DNA from: Geosiphon pyriformis uo1
Lineage: Eukaryota; Fungi; Glomeromycota
Direction of reading: 5' to 3'
Length of the DNA: 64,000 bases
Assembly (NCBI GenBank): GCA_016748015.1
Contig: JAAOMT010000778.1
Location: forward strand, 128,945-192,944
A model generated the notes under the pieces. It was not told the DNA's origin. It made no database searches and saw only the letters and a program-made list of their open reading frames with translations. The position numbers and the translations under genes were made by a program. This document shows, piece after piece, positions 52,201 to 64,000 of the stretch. Each line of letters starts with the position of its first letter. Position 1 is the first letter of the stretch.

Positions 52201-53944
52201 ATATAATAGATTAGTTCTCAGTCCTTTTGTGAAGAAATATATTTTCTGCTCTTCTGTTTAATTTCTTCCAGAGTTCACCTGTTTAATGAGTTTTCTTATT
52301 GCTTTGACATATTCTGTTATAATCTTATTAGGGCCTTGAGTTTTTTTTCTAATTCCATACACTATTTTAAGATTAAGATAGGAGTTCTAAATTTCATTTC
52401 AAACTGGGTAGTGAAAGAGGTGTTGTCTTCTCCAGTATTTGCTGATGCTCATTTAATAATTCTTTGTTGAGCATTGGCATTGGTTTTTTGTGAGAACCAA
52501 GTAACAGAAAAGCCTTAGAGGTAGCCACCAATGATTTGGAATTTGTATTTATTATCATATTAGTTTGCTGTGACAGCTCTCTCAAAATCATCCAGCTATT
52601 CGATTGGATCTTAAACATTATCTCTGAATAATGATAATGGGGTGTTGTTTCTTTACCTTAAAACAGTCTATATACCTTGGAGGACAATCAGAATGTTTTG
52701 TTGCAAAGGGTCTTGAGCCATTGGTTCAGGTGTAACTGTTTGTGTGAAGTGTTCTGATTCATTTGAAAAGAGATCAAAAACAGGAGCAGTTTGATAGCTT
52801 TCTTTTTCTGTTTCAAGAAAAGTTTCTGTTAATTGATAGACAGCAATCCAAATGTGGATTTGATAATTCAGATATTCAAAATCAGGGGGCTGTTGTTCAA
52901 AGGTTGTTAAGTATAAAAGTTGATTGATGCTGTTGTTTTTTTCTTCAAAGTTGTCTTCAAAATAAGCTTAATCAAAGTAATAAGTTGTATAAACTGTGTA
53001 AGTTTCAGCTAAATGTTCATTCAGGAACCAGTTCTAAAAATCTTGGAATTGTCTACTGGATTAATCTTCAATGAGGAAGCAAATCAAGCAGGAGAACAAA
53101 GGATTGAGTTCAATAAAGTCTAGATCATTTTTGTTGTGTGCTTTAAAGTATTCTTCTGATTGTTGTGGCAGGTATGAATAATTACCCATACAATAGAAAA
53201 CAGAGTGAATTTTGACAACTTCACAGAAAGCATTACTTTTATGTTACAGATTGGAGTAACAAGCTAACGGATAGTAAGAGAGAACAGAATTGTAGAGTGA
53301 TAAAAAGAATCAAAGAGAATTCAACTTCAAAGAGCAAATTGAATAAATATGGATTTAATGTGTGAAATCAGTTTCATAAAATATCTCAGTTGTTATACTT
53401 TTCAAGAATAACTGAAGAATCTGAAGGTAGAGAGATAGTCCATACTGTCAACAAATAATTATGTCTGGTATAATTCTATGTCTTATATTGGTGCTCTTAG
53501 AATTTAATATCAGGTATTAGATGTACTTTTCAGTCACGTTTTATTCAATAATCTTCAAATACTGTAATTACATGTTTTAAAAAAAGGGTAGGAAATAACC
53601 AACAAGTAATCTTTTATCTTTAAGATGTTCAGATACTTGAAAGTAGGGAAAAGGAAATTAGCAATAAGAGAAGGATTGAGATGAAAGTTGTTATTTTATT
53701 TATTTGATTTCCTTGATTTTTTCATGTTTTTCTATAGCTAAGAGATTCATTACTTATATAATTGTCAAAAGTGGTCAATAATCAGGTCAACAACTAAGTC
53801 AATAATCAAGTTAATAATTAGGTCAACAGTCAGATTATTGATTAGGTCAATAATTACTTACTAAAAATAGAGTGGCTAATTTATGTAACATCAGTGGCTA
53901 ATATATGTGATAATTAATAAAAAATATAAGTTTCAACTATAACA
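46212..53944 (-). mobile_element. Full-length Ty3/gypsy element, family A copy 2 (uninterrupted)
   Basis: LTRs 53242-53944 (5') and 46212-46914 (3'), both 703 bp; TSD GTAG/GTAG. Gag 53189-51637, pol ~51649-48957, IN 48898-47582, ORF3 47540-46884. Confidence 0.96.
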
Positions 53945-54792
53945 GTAGTAATTCTTTTAAAACCATTAATTATTAAAAAAAATTTTAATAGCTTGTGTTT
54001 TAGCTATTAATTATTTGTTTTTTTACTGTTAACAAATTAATATTTTGTTTAAAGAAATATTAAGAAAAAGTGAAAGTAATCCAATTTTTTTTTNNNNNNN
54101 NNNNNNNNNNNNNAAGAATCTGAAGGTAGAGAGATAGTCCATACTGTCAACAAATAATTATGTCTGGTATAATTCTATGTCTTATATTGGTGCTCTTAGA
54201 ATTTAATATCAGGTATTAGATGTACTTTTCAGTCACGTTTTATTCAATAATCTTCAAATACTGTAATTACATGTTTTAAAAAAAGGGTAGGAAATAACCA
54301 ACAAGTAATCTTTTATCTTTAAGATGTTCAGATACTTGAAAGTAGGGAAAAGGAAATTAGCAATAAGAGAAGGATTGAGATGAAAGTTGTTATTTTATTT
54401 ATTTGATTTCCTTGATTTTTTCATGTTTTTCTATAGCTAAGAGATTCATTACTTATATAATTGTCAAAAGTGGTCAATAATCAGGTCAACAACTAAGTCA
54501 ATAATCAAGTTAATAATTAGGTCAACAGTCAGATTATTGATTAGGTCAATAATTACTTACTAAAAATAGAGTGGCTAATTTATGTAACATCAGTGGCTAA
54601 TATATGTGATAATTAATAAAAAATATAAGTTTCAACTATAACAGTAGTAATTCTTTTAAAACCATTAATTATTAAAAAAAATTTTAATAGCTTGTGTTTT
54701 AGCTATTAATTATTTGTTTTTTTACTGTTAACAAATTAATATTTTGTTTAAAGAAATATTAAGAAAAAGTGAAAGTAATCCAATTTTTTTTT
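53415..54792. other. Assembly gap (20 N, 54094-54113) with apparently identical 679-bp duplicated flanks
   Basis: 53415-54093 matches 54114-54792 at a constant offset of 699. Confidence 0.9.
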
Positions 54793-55344
54793 CTATATCA
54801 AACTTAAGAGAACTTTGAGAAAAACCACAATTTATATTATTAATTATTTTTTTGACTTTAAAAGTAGCAACAGCAAAACTTAAAAAAGATTCACTATTAA
54901 TGTTTTTTATAATATTACTGTTTTTATTATTATTAGACCAACTGTTTAAATCTAAGTACATACTACTAAGACTAAACTTGACCAATAATATATCTTTTTA
55001 TCATTAAAGTATTTAATATTACCAAGAACTAACCTTTTTTTTTAAGAAAAAAAAACCATTAGCAAAACCATGAAAAGCTTCTTTAGGCACTTTTTTCTTA
55101 AACATATTATTACCTAAAACAGTTTTCAAGTTTATAACAAAAAGGTTATTAAGTTGAAAAATATTAAAAAAAAGCAACAAAAAAAATAAAAACTTTTTTT
55201 TTAAAAATAGGCTTCTTGAAGAATTTTTGAACATAAAAAAGAAAGAAATTTTTATCTAAATATCTGTATAACTTTTTTTTTCAATATTTTTTATATAAAT
55301 AGTTTAATTTTACTAAAATTCAATATTTTTTAAAAAAATAATAT

Positions 55345-56047
55345 TATAATTAAAAATTATAGTTTTTATTAATTATTACATATATTAACCAATAATATTA
55401 TATAATTAATCATTTTATTTTTAAATAATAATTAATAATTTGGTTATTAATCTGATTATTAATATAATTATTGACTTGATTATTAACTTGATTATTGGCT
55501 TAATTGTTAATCTAATCATTAATTTAGTCATTAATTCTTTTTAATAATTATATAAACAATGAATTTCTTAGTTGTAAAAAAGCATAAAATCAAAGTAATA
55601 AAAATAATTATTATGTATCCAATATTTTTTTCTATATTGTTTATTTTTCTTTTTCATTTTTTTATCTTTAAGTATTTAAATATCTGTAAATAAAGAATTA
55701 CTTATTAATATTTACATATCTTATTTTTTTATTATTTGTATTGTTAAAATTAGCCTAAAAAGCATTTTCATATTCTTATAATTTATTAAATAAAGAGATA
55801 ATTAAAAAGCACGACAATATCTGTTATTAATTCTAAGAATCATCAAGTAAAACATAGAATAATAGCAACAATATTATCTTGTTAACAATCATGAACTATT
55901 CTTCTACCTTCAAATTTCCAGAAAAGATTAAGCAACTGTAATTATACACATTGGATCCTTATAAATTTAATTCGCTCTTTTGATTGAATTTCTCTTTTTA
56001 TTACTTTCAATAGCCTTTTTCTTTGCTATCCGTTAGCTTGTTTCTCA
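55345..56047 (+). repeat. Degenerate solo LTR of family A/A' next to the GCN1 promoter
   Basis: Co-linear with 15922-16669, including an eroded 12-bp array, CTACCTTCAAATTTCCAG and CTTGCTATCCGTTAGCTTG. Confidence 0.8.
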
Positions 56048-56099
56048 AAAGTGCATGAGTATTTTAAAATTGAATTACAATAAAATATATTACTTAATT

Positions 56100-56200
56100 A
56101 AATCATGTGAAAACTACGCTTCCAGATATGATTGAAAGTCACATGATCTAATTTTTTTTCGATTTTTTATCACGTTTATTTTGAAAAATTTGGGCTACAA
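56100..56200 (+). promoter_or_regulatory. Putative GCN1 promoter motifs (E-box-like TCATGTGA/TCACATGA; RRPE-like TGAAAAATTT at 56182)
   Basis: The motifs cluster 80-170 bp upstream of the ATG; function is inferred only. Confidence 0.35.
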
Positions 56201-56275
56201 TTTTATTTGGCTATCTTTTCGTTAAAACAGTATTTCTTTATCGATTTCCCTGATATTAACCAAGCTTAGTTCGTT

Positions 56276-59200
56276 ATGAACGAGAACATAGACCCAGTTG
56301 ATGTTATAACTTTAGCCGATCTTTCTTGGGCAGATTTTATTAAAAACCGGGCTATTCTCCGAATTACAAGCTCGAAAACACGAGAGCGTTTAGATTTTCT
56401 GAATCATTCCTTACTGCCACGCATCAGGGCAGGAGGTGAGGTCTCATTCATTGATTCTAGTTTACTCAACAGCCAAATCTAATCATTTTTTATAAACAAG
56501 ATCTCTCCGAAAAACTTATTGGAAGTTTACTTCACGTTGTCTTATTAACTTATCCGCGTTACAATGATCGAGAATCCCGTGCTACAGTGCTGACTGTTCT
56601 AAAAGAACTTAACAATTGGAATTCCGAGGCATTCTTGAAATCATTTGTACCATTACTCGCCAAAGAAATTGATAAATTAAATAAAAAGAGTTCAGACGGG
56701 TAGGACGCTCAAGTACAAATAAGATTAGCAACCAGCTCTTTCTCTTTAATAATGCGGTCAAGTAAACACACATCCACATTTCATCCACCTCAAGCATTTA
56801 CACGACCTCCTCTACCTACCGATTTGTCCTTCTCACTTGGATCAACTCCATGATCACATTTACGTTGACATCGGTATCTTCTGAGTCATTTATAATGTGG
56901 AAGAGTCTGATTGACTTGCAAGCAATCTTACTTGATTCGCTTGTAAATGAGAAGGAAAAACGTAAGAGCGTCACCCGTAGCGCTGTGGTGGATGTGAGGC
57001 GGTGTGTTCGAAAGGTGTGCTATAAATGTAATTCTTTATTCTTACAAATGTATATTTATTGGGTCAAAAGCTTTTATTAATAAAAAATGAATTTGGGGGA
57101 TAATATAGAATTATACCCATATCCCAGCAATTATTAATCATTTGACACAAAGTAAGAAAGGGAGTGCTTCATTTCCTAACGCTGTACTTTTGGGTACTGT
57201 GATTGATTGTGCGTTAAGACTCAAAAAAAACAATGATCGAGCTTTTGTCGACAACGCAAAGGTTAGGCCTTGAATAACGATTTTACCGAAACGCCAAGAA
57301 TATATCAGATTGATTAGCAGAGTTTCAAGAAAACATTTCATGTTATCTATAAAAATGAAACCATGAGTAATCAATCGATCATGTTCTGGTGTTTTTTTTA
57401 AAGCACTGCCACTTACTTTTTCGCCTAAATGCCATGATTTCCCTATTTTTGAAAGGATGATATAATACAATTTTATCTGACGTCCATCGCATCATCAAAA
57501 ATACCTGTACCTACTCAAACTGCGGTAAATCAGTAATAACCGTCTTTTTTGTTATCCTTTTTTAAGCATAGTCTCTGTAAAACTAAGATGGATTCTTTGT
57601 AGGACGCCTTTCACGATTTTATTCATTGTACAGTCGTTGAACAAGATTTTCAAGAAAAATTTATTCCTACTCTAGAGAAATTGTTATTGAGAGCACCGGA
57701 GATCATTCTAAATGGTTCTTTTTTTAATAACTTAAACACTCCCTTGAATTTAGTGATTAACTCCACTCCGAAGACCATATAACCTCACGATTTTTTTACA
57801 GTACTAATTTCCACCATAAAAGCTTTGGGGTTTGACACTTCAGTGGTTTTCAAAAATCATTTCTTGGAATCGTTACTTGGACATGTCAGATCCACCAATA
57901 AACTAGTTCAATCAGTTGCAATCGATATGTTGCACATATTTCTAGAAAAAAGTCAAAAGTCTGAAGTTGTCATCGAAATTGGAAAGCAGATGATTCATTA
58001 TTTAAATGCAGGTTAGTTAACTCAAAACATTTTCTTGGATTTCCTAAACATTTCTCTGTAAAATAAAAATAATTCCACTCAAGGTAAAGTTACAAACCCC
58101 GAACATCGTGGGATTATAATTCAAGCCATTGGTCATGTTGATAAATCACCTGCTGTGGCAAGAACTATCGTCGAAGATCTTTTGCCAATTATTTCGAAAG
58201 AGAACAGTGAACAATCCTTGGCAAAAGCTATTGACACGTTGATTTCCCATGCTGAGTTGTTAATAAACAATGAGAAGGAGAAGGCTGATTTAGATAAGAT
58301 TGCCTTGGCAGTTTTTGAGGGGCTTTCTAGTAGCAAATTTGCCGTGAGAAAAGCTTGGACTATTGCCATTGGAAGGATTACATGGAACATAATCCAAGAA
58401 CCTACCGATTTTCTGCGTGATATAATAAAAAAATGTCTCATTCCACTTATATCGACGCTGGATAAGATACAATCAAATCCATTAGTTTTCCCCGGAGGCC
58501 CTATAGAGGGATATATAACGATAGCCATAGTAGAAGGGAGAACGAAAAAGTGGCACGACAAGGAAATTGGTAAGTTTTTGTATAAATTCTTAATATTTCT
58601 TTAGACTAATTTTGTATTAACATCAATTTTTCTAGATGATTTACTTCGGACGAAAAAATTAACGCAAAATATTCTCGCTACCACACCCAAACTATCTTTT
58701 TGGCTCTGGGACAAAGTGTATTGCAAAATCACAAATTATGAAGAAGGATTATGGTTTATTAGATCGATGGAGGGTTTTCTCTTTGGAGAGAATGAAATTG
58801 CATTAGAAAAGAAGGAATTGCGGTATCATTAAAACTTAATTCCTCAAGAATTATTATTTTTGAGTTTTTTCACACACTTATTCTTTCGATATAATTTAGG
58901 ATCCTTCTCGCTACTGCCTACATTTTCTTAATCACTGCTTCTCCCGATTTTCATACGCGTCGTGAGGCTTATGATAGTCTTGTCAGGTGTAACAAATACA
59001 ACCCTAAACGCATGGGAACCATTATTCGCGAAGGAATGAATCAATGGGTTTTCCATGTAAATACATATGATACTTTGAGGCCTAAATCTATTTTCTCTTA
59101 TGAATATATAATCAAATCGCATTATTTGATTGTGTTCCGTAGCTCGAAAAAAACGTCAAAGATTCTACTGCACATTTAGCTTCTACCTTTTCACAATCAG

Positions 59201-62200
59201 ACGCATCAGTTAATGCCTACCAACTCTCAAGAGTTCTTACTGCCATTACTACATTCTCTGAGACTATTGAAAAAGGGTTGATTGAAAATTTATTAGTTGA
59301 GCTAATTTTGTTAGCTCATCATCCTGCCATTGGTTCGTATATTTTTTATTCATTCGCTTTAACTTTGTTGATCAAACTTTCAATCTTAATCAACATTTCA
59401 CTTAATGCAATCGTGCTGTATGAAAATATATTAGTATCTCCAACAAACAAATATAATTGGATCAGTTTGGCTCAAAGAGCGCGCCTTAACCCCGGAAATC
59501 TTGTAGAAGTATATCACAACCGATTAGCAGAACTAATTTTCGAAAATATTAAATTTGGCAATGAGGTAAATTATTTTTAACCTAATTAGCATTGTCTTGC
59601 GATTATTAAACATTGATTTATAACTTAACACCATATTAGTCAGAAAATTTTTATAAAGCTGCAATGTCGACTGTTTCCACTCTGGTCTTTATCTCGGCGG
59701 AGACAACAGTCCCACTATTTCTGGCCCAATCTAAGAATGATTTGGACAGTCAACTTCTCCAAAATATTGGAGATCAGGAGATTGGGATTTGGAAAACACC
59801 AGAAAACGTGTTATTTGTTGATGGTACGTTCAAGAGGAAGTTATGATGGTTTGTCTATTAGGCACATTATTTTCACTATCGAGAGGATAAGCTTAGCCTT
59901 GATAAATTTTCAATTAACTCTGTAATTTTTCACTTTTCTAGTACTCAAACGCAATAAGCAAAAGATAGTAGAAAATCGTAATCGTAAAGATTACAACACA
60001 GAAAAGTGGGAGCAAGAGATCCGTGACGAGATTGCAAAGAAAAAAGGTGCCGAGACTCGGAAGTTGACTAAAGATGAACAAGCCGCTGTCAATGCCCAAT
60101 TGTTGAAGGAATCAAATGTTCGAAAACAAGTTCAAGAAGTTTATTTCAGATTTACTAGAGGACTCGATCTTGTACATTTTTTGATTACGGGAAATCTCCA
60201 GGCATTAGAGAATCATATTGCTGAATTAATGCATATTCTGATTTTTGCGGTAAAAAATGCCAGTGTTCTGATAGGTGATAAAGGGATCGATACCTTCTTG
60301 AATCTCGGCATTTGGACATCAGAAAATATAGCACCCATTCGTACTTCAATCGGTTTGGCAACAATTCGTATCATGGAGGCTCAGGAAATCCAAGAAAAAT
60401 GGCTTGAAGAGCCCTTAGGAAGTCTTATAACAAGAGTTCTCTATCGATTAAGGGTCATTACAGAGCGTACGCGATTATCCCCTGCTTCCTTTGCTTATTG
60501 TTTCCCCCTTATTTATCAAGTTATTAAAAAGGGGGGCTCGGTCTATAAAGATGACACGAACAAAGATAGCGAATTATCTATGGAGCAAGTTGCAATGGGA
60601 TTGGATATAATATCGTTTCATTCTACAATTGGCAATTCATCATTAATTCCGCGTGGCGAGGTAATTGAGGCTCTAATGCACGTCATTAAAGAGTTCCCAA
60701 AATTAGCAAAAACTGCCAAGTCTGCACTCATAGACTTATGCCAAGCAATCGGGGATACCGCTAAGGAACGAGAAATTGAAATTCTGTTAGATGGTTTACT
60801 TTGCTCCCAACCATTTGTCAGGAATGCATGTTTGCTGGCACTAGAATACCTTGATCTGACCGATAACGATTTTGAAAAGGAATTATGGATTACGCGTTTT
60901 GATGGAGACATAACTAATGCGAAATTGGCCGTTACACTTTGGGAAGATAATGGGATGGATGTAGAGTCAAACTATGCTACAGAATTATTACCCTTACTTA
61001 TACATCCAGAGCATTATGTGCGAATAACCACCTCAAAATCAATAGGTACCGCCGTTAAGTATTTTCCAGAAACTATTTCTGAAACGTTGACTGTTCTGTA
61101 TAATCTTTATTCAGAAAAGGTGAATATTTTTTTGAATTGCTTTTCCTTTTTAATAATTCTTAATGCTTAAACATAAGTTTTTAAGACACTAGCTCTTAAG
61201 CCAGACTATAACGAGTTTGGAGTGATTATTCCCGAATCATTGAATAAGAAAGACAAATGGGAAGAAAGGATTGGAGTTGGTCTCGCTTTAAGTACTCTTG
61301 CTTCAAGTATGACATCTTCCGATCTCCTTCCCTTCTTCGAGTTTTTGATCAATCGAGAGGCTGTTGGGGATGTTCATCCTGAGGTTCGGCAGAAGATGTT
61401 AGAGGTAATGAATTCTTAAATATCGTCTAAATATATTGCAACCAACTTTGTATCTCAAGATCCCACCTTGATATAGGCAGGTTTGGCTGTTGTTGATGCC
61501 CATGGTGGGGAAAATGTAACTTCTTTAATGCCTGTTTTCGAAAAATACCTTGATACACCTGCTCCCGACTCGGAAACTCATGATCGTATTCGGGAGTCTG
61601 TCGTTATTTGGTTTGGGGCTTTAGCACGCCATCTTCACCCAACAGATCAGAGAATACCAGTAGTTATTGATAAGCTTTTAGAAACACTCAAAACTCCTTC
61701 AGAAACAGTCCAAGTAGCGGTTGGAGATTGTCTACCTCCTTTGATCAAAGCCATAAAAAACTCTGCCCCAGATCTAATTAATGGCTTACTCAACCGATTA
61801 TATCATGACGAAAAATATGCTGAACGCCGGGGTGCTGCATACGGGCTTTCCGGGGTTATTAAAGGCACCGGCATTTCTGCACTGAAAGACTGTAATGTTA
61901 TGAATTCACTTAAAGAAAATATTGGCAACAAAAAAGACTATAAGTGTAGGCAGGGGGCCTTGTTTGCATTCGAGACTTTATCTCAAGGACTTGGACGTCT
62001 TTTTGAACCATATGTAATTCAAATTTTGCCTTTGCTGTTAACCGCCTTCGGTGATACTAATCCAGATATTCGGGAAGCCGCTTCAGAAACAGCCAGGGTT
62101 ATCATGAGTAAAATTAGTGGACATTGCGTAAAACTTATACTCCCTTCAATACTGTCAGGTTTAGATGATCGTCAATGGCGCACAAAGAAAGGCTCTGTTG

Positions 62201-64000
62201 AATTGTTAGGGACAATGGCTTTTTGTGCCCCCAAACAACTTTCAATATCTTTGCCCACAATCGTTCCACGATTGACTGATGTTCTTACAGATTCCCATAC
62301 CCATGTTCAAGCGGCTGCGAATGAAGCCTTGTTACACTTTGGTGAAGTCATTAGCAATCCAGAAATTAAAGAGCTTGTGCCAATATTATTGCAAGCTTTG
62401 AGTGATCCTGATAAAAATACAAATGCAGCGCTAGATGCCTTGCTCGAGACCGCTTTTGTTCATTATATTGATGGGCCCTCTTTAGCTTTGGTAAGAAAAC
62501 TGTTTTCTCTTTCAAATATTCCTCGTATTTTTTAATGCCATTAATATTATGTAGGTTATGCCAATCCTCGAACGTGGTTTGAAAGAACGAAGTACTGATG
62601 TCAAGAAGAAATCGTCTCAGATTGTGGGAAATATGGCTTCCTTGACGGATTTCAAGGATTTGATCCCCTATTTGGAACGCTTGTTACCTGGTCTTAAAGA
62701 AGTCTTGGTTGATCCTGTACCAGAAGCTCGATCTACAGCTGCAAAAGCTTTGGGCACTTTAGTAGAAAGATTAGGAGAAGATAAATTCCCAACCCTTGTC
62801 ACTGAGCTTGTAAATACCCTTAAATCTGATACAAGTGGAGTTGATAGACAAGGTGCTGCGCAAGGCCTTAGTGAAGTTTTGGCTGGCTTGGGACTAGAAC
62901 GTCTTGATGGGCTTTTACCCGATATAGTGACCAACTCTGAAAGTCCAAAATCTTACGTTCGTGAGGGATTCATATCGTTGCTTATCTACTTGCCAGCTAC
63001 TTTTGGCCTTCGTTTTCAGCCATATCTAGGGCGTATTATTCCACCAATATTGGCTGGTCTCGCAGATGATTCCGAATACGTTCGGGATGCATCCTTACGT
63101 GCTGGCCAAATGATAGTCGCCAATTATGCCACCAAAGCTGTGGATTTATTACTTCCCGAATTAGAAAGGGGATTGTTTGATGATAACTGGAGGATACGGC
63201 AAAGCTCTGTTCAACTGATGGGCGATTTACTATACAGAATTACTGGAATCAGTGGCAAATCTGAAGAACTTGAGGGTGATGAAGATGAGACTGGTGGTAC
63301 CGAAGCTAGCAGGAAAGCTTTACTGGAAGTTCTGGGCAAAGAAAGAAGAGATCGTGTATTAGCCGCTTTGTATATAGTTCGACAAGATGGTATAAATATT
63401 ACAAACTTGCTCTTCAATTCTGTTATTTATGTCACCTATATTTAACTTCAACTTATTTGCGAATCAAAAGTTTCTGGAATCCTCCGTCAAGCCTCCCTTC
63501 ATGTATGGAAGGCAATTGTATCAAATACCCCTCGAACTATCAAAGACATTCTACTAGTTATGATGGGGATGATAATTCAAAATCTCGCTGCGCCTAGTTA
63601 TGAGCGTCGGCAAGTGGCTGCACGCACTTTAGGTGAACTAGTCCGCAAGCTTGGTGAAGGTGTGCTAACTGAAATAATACCAATTTTAGAGAAAGGTCTT
63701 GAATCGACCGAGGCTGAGACACGCCAGGGTGTATGTGTCGGTTTAAACGAAATCATGAGCACTGCCAGTAGACTGCATATTATAGAATATGTAGATTCTC
63801 TTGTTCCTGCTGTGCGGAGAGCTTTGGTAGACGAATCGGGTGAAGTCCGCGAAGCTGCTGCACAAGGTAAGCATTGATCTTTTTCATCCAATGTTATGGC
63901 CGATACTCATTTGCTTTGAAGTATTAGTAATATTTATCTTATCTTACATTTAGCTTTTGATACACTTCACCAGCATGTGGGGCCTAAAGCAATAGACGAG
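56276..64000 (+). CDS. GCN1: Translational activator GCN1 (HEAT-repeat eIF2alpha kinase activator); ~18 introns in window, 3' end outside
   Basis: [98 protein letters not shown]; GT-AG introns starting at 56436. Confidence 0.97.

Larger units (their letters stand above)
46030..55250 (-). mobile_element. Third, strongly decayed LINE ORF1 relic (46030-46211 and 53945-55250) split by A2
   Basis: Joining the flanks of A2 gives INGFKRITT|FLKFEKIIKSTFISK, matching the first LINE's INGFGRASTPSKLLGIIRATFTSE. Confidence 0.7.

Noticed and set aside
53415-54792. Apparent tandem duplication or third LTR of A2
   Set aside because: The copies appear identical and flank a 20-N gap, while every genuine repeat here is heavily mutated. 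This points to an unmerged contig overlap.
58823-58899. U12-type (minor) intron in GCN1 (donor GTATCATT)
   Set aside because: The donor deviates from GTATCCTT and no TCCTTAAC branch site is visible.

Overview
This is eukaryotic fungal DNA. The intron style and transposon families suggest Glomeromycota/Mucoromycota, possibly Geosiphon-like (inference only). Two conserved intron-rich housekeeping genes face away from each other at the window edges: CEF1/CDC5L (minus strand, ATG 2301, running off the left end) and GCN1 (plus strand, ATG 56276, running off the right end). Between them lies a ~54-kb island of nested, mutationally eroded transposons. It holds one near-complete RNase H-bearing LINE and two LINE relics, a decayed hAT element split by several later insertions, and a Tc1/mariner. 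It also holds Ty3/gypsy LTR elements: two full family-A copies, one family-B copy, a family-C/A' chimera, two non-autonomous elements (D and E) and a solo LTR. The gypsy group is the most interesting system and has retrovirus-like complexity. Its features are 4-bp TSDs, a PBS resembling elongator tRNA-Met, a U_UUA_AAC -1 frameshift between gag and pol (family A), an integrase out of frame with RT-RNase H (family A), and an unknown ORF3 in the env position. Family B adds a multi-CxxC domain and a dUTPase in pol. An LTR stem-loop with HIV-DIS-like geometry is shared between family B and the non-autonomous D and E elements. Repeat copies differ almost only by C>T/G>A transitions on both strands, which is RIP-like. 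A 20-N gap is flanked by a 679-bp duplication that is probably an assembly artefact. All alignments were done by eye; no database search was run.
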